Source: Raillietiella orientalis (lineage: Eukaryota). From it: a DNA stretch of 29,431 bases. The notes under the pieces were generated by a model. It did no database searches. It saw only the letters and a list, made by a program, of their open reading frames with translations, and was not told the DNA's origin. Below, piece by piece: positions 23,614 through 29,431 of the stretch. The translations under genes and the position numbers were made by a program. The stretch is from NCBI GenBank assembly GCA_036172245.1, contig JAYWIR010000081.1, positions 310,001 to 339,431 of the forward strand. Reading direction: 5' to 3'. Position 1 is the stretch's first letter, and each line of letters begins with the position of its first letter.

Positions 23614-24645
23614 ATGAAGATGGCTACCTTACGTGTGCCCTCTTCCTCATTCGGAACACAAACCACTCCTTTAAGTTCTTGTACTCATTCAGGCGTTGTG
23701 TGGAAGAAATGTTTTCTCATTCGAATATTCGAAGAAACGAATCCATCTCTTTGCCGCACATGTCCTCTCAAGAAACGATGCCAGTAGCAGCTAGGCAGTT
23801 AATCCCAAATATTTGATGTCCTGCATATAATCCATTCCATTCAAGAGATCACACAATCAAGACAAGAAAGATCCTTCCGGTAAGAAAGCATTGATTTGTC
23901 TTGTGACTTCAACGCAATAGGATGGCACACCATTCATTTGTTTACGCAATTACGAGTTTACACTCAGGTGTTAACAAAAATGTGCGATTCTTTCTCTGCA
24001 TTAATGTACTCTGATCGATATAATTGTCTCTGGTCGTGCCGGGAAGCTGTCAGAATTCTTATTTATAGACTCATCCGTACAAGAGAGAAGCATGCCTCAC
24101 GTACTATCCAACTTTGCGGTAGTGCTGTGTGTCGCTGTCAATAGAAGAGGATATAGAAAAGTATAAAACGGCTCATTTCAAGGTGGTTATTGTTTCAAAG
24201 TGTGAATGTTACGATGATGCTTTGAACTTCGGTATGATTAACGTTTGAAGTGATTACGGAAAAGTTTTTCTTTTTTATCGCCAGGGAATAGCACTTAGCA
24301 GGAAAGAAAGCCAGAATTCGAAAGTAGTCTACTCATTTATCCGATTCATCAGAGTTTCATTCAAGGATAATTTAATTGAAATCCTGGAAAATTGACCAGT
24401 CAAAGGAAATTAATTATACGTGTTCTAAAGTATAACTGCTTTCGATTGCGCAATGACATTTCGAAAAATTCACTTTTGTTAGTATGAATCGGCAAAAAAG
24501 CAGCTAATTTCTTTTTTTTTGTTACAAAGGCGAATGTCCTCTTGACGCATTGCGGATTTCGAGGAAGTCATTATCGCGAAGTAGCACGAATATCCTTTTC
24601 ATTTTAGACAGGCTCTGCAAAGGAAACGTAACTAATGAATGTTGA
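23614..24645 (+). pseudogene. ORF1 remnant, copy 4
   Basis: Homologous to 653-1684; one motif Cys is replaced by Trp (TGC>TGG); shares the ~1139 frameshift with copy 1. Confidence 0.45.
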
Positions 24646-27600
24646 GGCGCAATGAAATAAGAAGTAGGTTGATGGTTGGAAAATAACAGTTTCTAAATTG
24701 AGCATATCCTGTGATCTAGGGAGATAATTTCCTTTTTAATAAACATTCTTTCTTTCTTTTCTTTTTTTCTTTCTTTTCTTTTCATTATAATGTACACTGC
24801 AATGACAACTTTGCATAATAATTAGTTGTGTTATGGTCTCTGCATATGCTGCTCCAAAGCTGCATACCTATAAGGGATTTGATCAATAGCGTGAATCGAA
24901 ATATGAAATTACAAAAGCGAACGTCAAGTGTAGTTTCGAGAGTAATATCACAGTTGAAAGCCTAAAACGAACTGGAAAGGCGAGTTGGTCCATTCCTTGC
25001 TATATCGTGAAGATATTGAGAACGCTTTAGTAAGATGTGCTGGCGAAGGAAAATTTTGGTGTAAGACTGATGTAGCAAGTTGTCTACTGGGTTGGTTATT
25101 TCGTATGCCAAGAATCGACATCTCCAAACGAAAATAAGTTGCAAACTGCAAACAGCGTAATTTTCTCAGGTTCCTTTCATTGTTATGAGATTCTGGGAAT
25201 TGCAAGTACAAGTAGAAAATACTAAGATGCAGACGGTCTTCGGTAGCAGTCACATACAATCAAGAGCTTGTAGCATGTGTTGTGTTCAGATGGATGTACA
25301 CGAATGTAGAGTTCATCGTAACAAAAAGATATAGATTTTTCAGGCGAAAGGATTGGAACTCATCAATATTTTCCGATGGAGTCCAAAACATAATACCCAT
25401 TCAAAATTGTGTCCTTGAAAATGTGTACAGTTGTACAGTGAGGTTATCTATACTGCTATTTCTGCTGCATGAACATGATAGCCATGCAACTTTGAATTCA
25501 ACGCTTTTGTTTATACAAGCTCAAAGAACTAAAATTGTAACGAAAATAAAAACATTACTCTAGCAAACAAAAATTTCCAACTTCTTCAACTAACAATAAA
25601 TGTATAACTCAGGCTCATATGATCACCGAACTTCTAGCACTTCGTATACCTAAACAGAGGCATACCATTTTGTCTCATCTGTTCAGATACCGCATTTATA
25701 TCAACTCGTTTTTTGACCATTCTCGCAATGTTTTTGCAATAATTCTTAAAATCACACCTTAATTTCGCTAAAATACTTCAACTTCCTTTGAATGTTAATT
25801 AGAACCAATAAAAAATGGACGCTGTCCGATTCGTCCATCCCACGTAATTTTTCCAGTCATGTTTTCCATTTTGGACAACGAATTAGTCATTAACCGTTTT
25901 TTCCACAACTACAACCTTCTCTTTTTTCCGCCTCATCCATTGCATTCAGATCATAAAGTCTGATGTTATTTTCTGGTTCCAAATCTAAACTTCCTACCCG
26001 ATCCATCTCATGAATACTCACATTCAATTGGCAAGACGCTGTTACTTTCGAGGAAACATCCAGTGCGTGTCTAATGATTACAACATTGCCATTGATATGA
26101 ATCAGCATTATATTATAAGTTTTACTGCAAGCCGATTGCTAAGCGATTCAACTTTACTTTATAAACTCGCATAATCATTCACATAAAACATAAATCATGA
26201 ATATACCGCTTTCGATTTCTAATGCTACCCTGTCAACAAAGCCATTTGACGTTTGCAAACTCTCCTCACTGGGACATCAACCTCAACTATGATATCCACG
26301 TTATCAACCCATCCATAAATCAATAAGGAATTTTGATTTCATAGAAAATCGTTTACAAGCATCATTCATCTGGAGCAAAGCATAACAAAATCAGTTAACA
26401 GACATTTAACTCAATTAGAAATATTAACAATATTCTTCTTGACAATCGTTTCACTTACCACTACATACCATACCCGCACACATTTCTTTCACCCTTTATC
26501 TACCATCTCGCAACCACACCAACACGCAGAAACCAATTCGCTTTTAGGAACCCTGCCATCAATTTCTAACCCATAATTATGATTATCACACCTACTCATC
26601 TTACAAACACTTCTAGAACACCTGCGAGGAATAAGAAAATAATTAGGCCTCCTATTCTTAAATATTTATCCGAAAAAGAAAAAAACCAATTCCTTAACCT
26701 GTTCAACTTTTTATCCACCTTCTTGCACTGCTTACATATTGGTCCCTATTAATGGAAGATAATTTATGATTCAATGAAGCACCCCCGAATATTCCAGTTG
26801 TTGCCACTATGAGTGCACCCAATATCCGATACCCATAAACAACTGTTACTACAGCGGGAAACAAAAACCTCCACTTTACTACAACTTCCCATGTATTCTA
26901 CACCATTCATGCCAATAAATAATCCTTTCAATAAGAAACTCCAAAGAAAGAAACGTCCACTTAGCCCATAAGTTTGAAATTCTAAATTTCACTTAAAACC
27001 ACATTCACTCTTCGACTCATCCTTGAAATTCTATATCCAATACATAGCAATCATGACTCCATAATTTCAACAAGACTTTGCATAGAGACATAGCTGAACA
27101 TTAAGAAATACTACCTAATCTAATAAGAAATAATACTTAATGAACAAGAACATTCTTTTCAGAAAATAAATTTTTTACATCAAAGGTGACATCTTACTGT
27201 CAATGAATTTCCAATTATCCAACATAACTGAAAAAGAAATAATCATTGCATGCCTTATCCACAATACTGTACTTATACCTAAAAAAACAATTTAAATCAT
27301 TCCAATACTCCTAAGCTTATCATTGACAATTTTATTCATAATGAATTTCTTTCTACAACAAATCAGAAAATTCCAATCCCAACCATCACTTTCTCCAACA
27401 CCACAACATATATCGAAACAGAGAAGAGTTGCCAAGGTACCACCTATCGTTATTCCCTATAAACGATATGGGCATCAACACAAAAACATCATGATACTAA
27501 CTATTCCAGCTAAAACACACATGACAGAAACACAAAATATTTCGTTTCTTCATGTGTAATGTATATCCACTGTTCTCATTCATTCCCTCAACATTACCTG

Positions 27601-28094
27601 TGAATATGGATTATAACAGCTAAATTCACTACAACAAACTTCACCACATTTTCTATTTGTATTTATATTGTAATTACTCCGAATAACTCTAGTTTTATAG
27701 AAGACATATAACCGAAAACTAAAATCATCATTTATGGTTGCATTCCACTACAGCTCAGTCGTATTCCAACCCTCAAATATATCGACCACTTCCCAACATT
27801 CGAAAGATTTAACATCTAAAAAATAGTATATCAGACGATTTATAACCATGAGCTACCATCATCAAAACACACCCTATCGTACCCTCATCACCATCCTATA
27901 TTCTTCCTCCTATTACAGCTCCCATATGACACATTGATGATTTAGACATGCTCCTTCTGCAATCCACTTGTTGACAAAATATCAACCCATTTCCTACAAC
28001 ATTCGAAAGACCCACGCTTATCGAAAATAACCTATCAGTTTAATACTAATCCTTCCCCAAAAAACACACCATTCCGCGGCGAAGAAAGTCCGCC

Positions 28095-28821
28095 GCGCTG
28101 ATCCCGCCCGAAAGATCGCAGATCAGCGCGACGGGCGATCTCCGCGGCGCTGATCCCGGTCCCGAATCGGAGATCAGCGCGAAGGCAGTAGTCCGCCGCG
28201 CTGATCCCGGTCCCGCATCGGAGATCAGGGCGATGGCGGCAGTCCGCAGCGCTGATGCGTCGCGCCCGGCGGAGATCAGCGCGACGGGCTAGAGTGCGCC
28301 GCGCTGATCCTTCCTTCCAGGCCGAGATCAGCGCGTCGGCGGGTGTCCCCCGCGCTGATACTTCCCTCGAGGCCGAGATCAGCGCGACGGGCGATCTTCG
28401 CGGCGTTGATATCGCTCTCGCATCGGAAATCAGCGTATCGGCGGGATTCCGCCGCGCTGATCCTTCCATCCAGGCCCAGATCAGCGCGACGTTGGGAGGC
28501 TGCCGCGCTGATCCCTTTCGCCATCCCGATCTCAGCGCGACGGCGGGAGTCCGCCGCGCTGATCCCTTTCTCCACCCCGAGATCAGCGCGACGGCGGGAG
28601 TACGACGCGTTGATCGCTCCCTCCACGCGGGGATCAGCCCGACGGGCGACCTCCGACGCGCTGATCCCTCCCTCCAAGCGGGGATCAGCGCGGCAGGTAC
28701 TTTCTCCGGCCTGGATGCCGTCTTTCCTCGCGAGATGGGAGCCACCCAAGGCGTGCGTAGCGCTGATCCCTCGCTGCAACTCGGAAATCAGCGCCGCGCG
28801 GGGCATTCCTTCGCGCTGATC
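28095..28821. repeat. Array B, copy 4
   Basis: Same grammar; same length as copy 1 but a different unit is duplicated. Confidence 0.96.
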
Positions 28822-29431
28822 GCGTTGCACGCGTCCCTGACAGCCTCCGGGTGAAGCCGGAAGGTTTCCCCGAGGTTCCGCAGGAACCAAATGCCTTCCG
28901 CGAGACACGCAACCTTCTCCTTGTACTCACGGGGGGGTTGGCGACGGCCTTCCGGGGGGATACGCTTCACCTCCTCCACCCGAACGAGCTCCCGATCTGC
29001 GGGGCCTCAATTCCTGCTCCGCCTCCGCCTCGATCCCTCACCACGCGTCGCTCCAAGGCGGCAGGGCGGGCGGCCGGGCGGGATTGAGGAGGAGGTTCCG
29101 GGCGAGAGATTCGAGCGAAGCGGGACGCCCTTCCCCCTCGTAAGAGGAGATTTCGCGTTTCCGCGACCTGAGTCAGTTAAAGGCAGTTAATACAAAATAA
29201 GCAAATGATAGTGTAGTACCCAAATTAAATATTCTCGTATACAGTTTAGGGCTCTCTCACACATTGCTTTCTACGCATTCCCACTATCAATACTTAGTCT
29301 CCCCTTATAGTTCCTTTCACTTCATTCTCGTATACTTCATTTGATTCTTTCACAAAAGGTTATGTATTTATTATCCTAATGCTCTTCCTCTGTATTCTTT
29401 TCAGTACCTTTCGCTTTTCTGAAAAAAAAAA

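Larger units (their letters stand above)
1..29431. repeat. Tandem macro-repeat (macrosatellite/concatemer) of a ~7.6-7.7 kb unit, ~3.85 copies in the window
   Basis: The landmark GCGCTCATCTAGGATT recurs with CTAG at 497, 8213, 15875 and 23458 (periods 7716, 7662, 7583). All intervening sequence and the ORF-track entries recur in the same order and orientation. Confidence 0.99.
23462..29431 (+). repeat. Repeat unit copy 4 (partial, cut by window end)
   Basis: Colinear with 501-~6534; the window ends in the internal A-run also seen at 6525-6534. Confidence 0.97.

Noticed and set aside
29422..29431. Poly(A) tail at window end
   Set aside because: It is the same internal A-run present at ~6525, ~14146 and ~21748, truncated by the window.

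Overview
The whole window is a head-to-tail tandem array of a ~7.6-7.7 kb unit: three full copies (501-8216, 8217-15878, 15879-23461), a partial fourth (23462-29431) and the tail of a preceding copy (1-500). The copies are very similar but not identical. I found no intact, recognisable protein gene, rRNA, tRNA or CRISPR locus, and it looks like eukaryotic repetitive DNA. Each unit is AT-rich but carries two GC/CpG-rich arrays built on one strict 51-bp grammar: GCGCTGATC-N16-GATCAGCGC-N17, with GATC cores alternating 20 and 31 bp apart and largely non-identical spacers. The two arrays (A and B) are reverse-complement versions of each other. Array B is followed by a ~350 bp structured GC tail with nested hairpins and a G-quadruplex motif. 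The ~4.6 kb AT-rich part holds several stop-interrupted frames, one with a RING-like Cys/His motif. These are either decayed pseudogenes or genes in a code where TAA/TAG (and possibly TGA) are sense. The long GC-rich ORFs in the supplied track are artefacts of the 51-bp (17-codon) period. Copies are mosaic with respect to one another, and several garbled patches may be long-read assembly errors. Best overall hypothesis (inference): a tandemly amplified mobile, viral or origin-like element with phased, inverted protein-binding arrays; the family is not identifiable from sequence alone.
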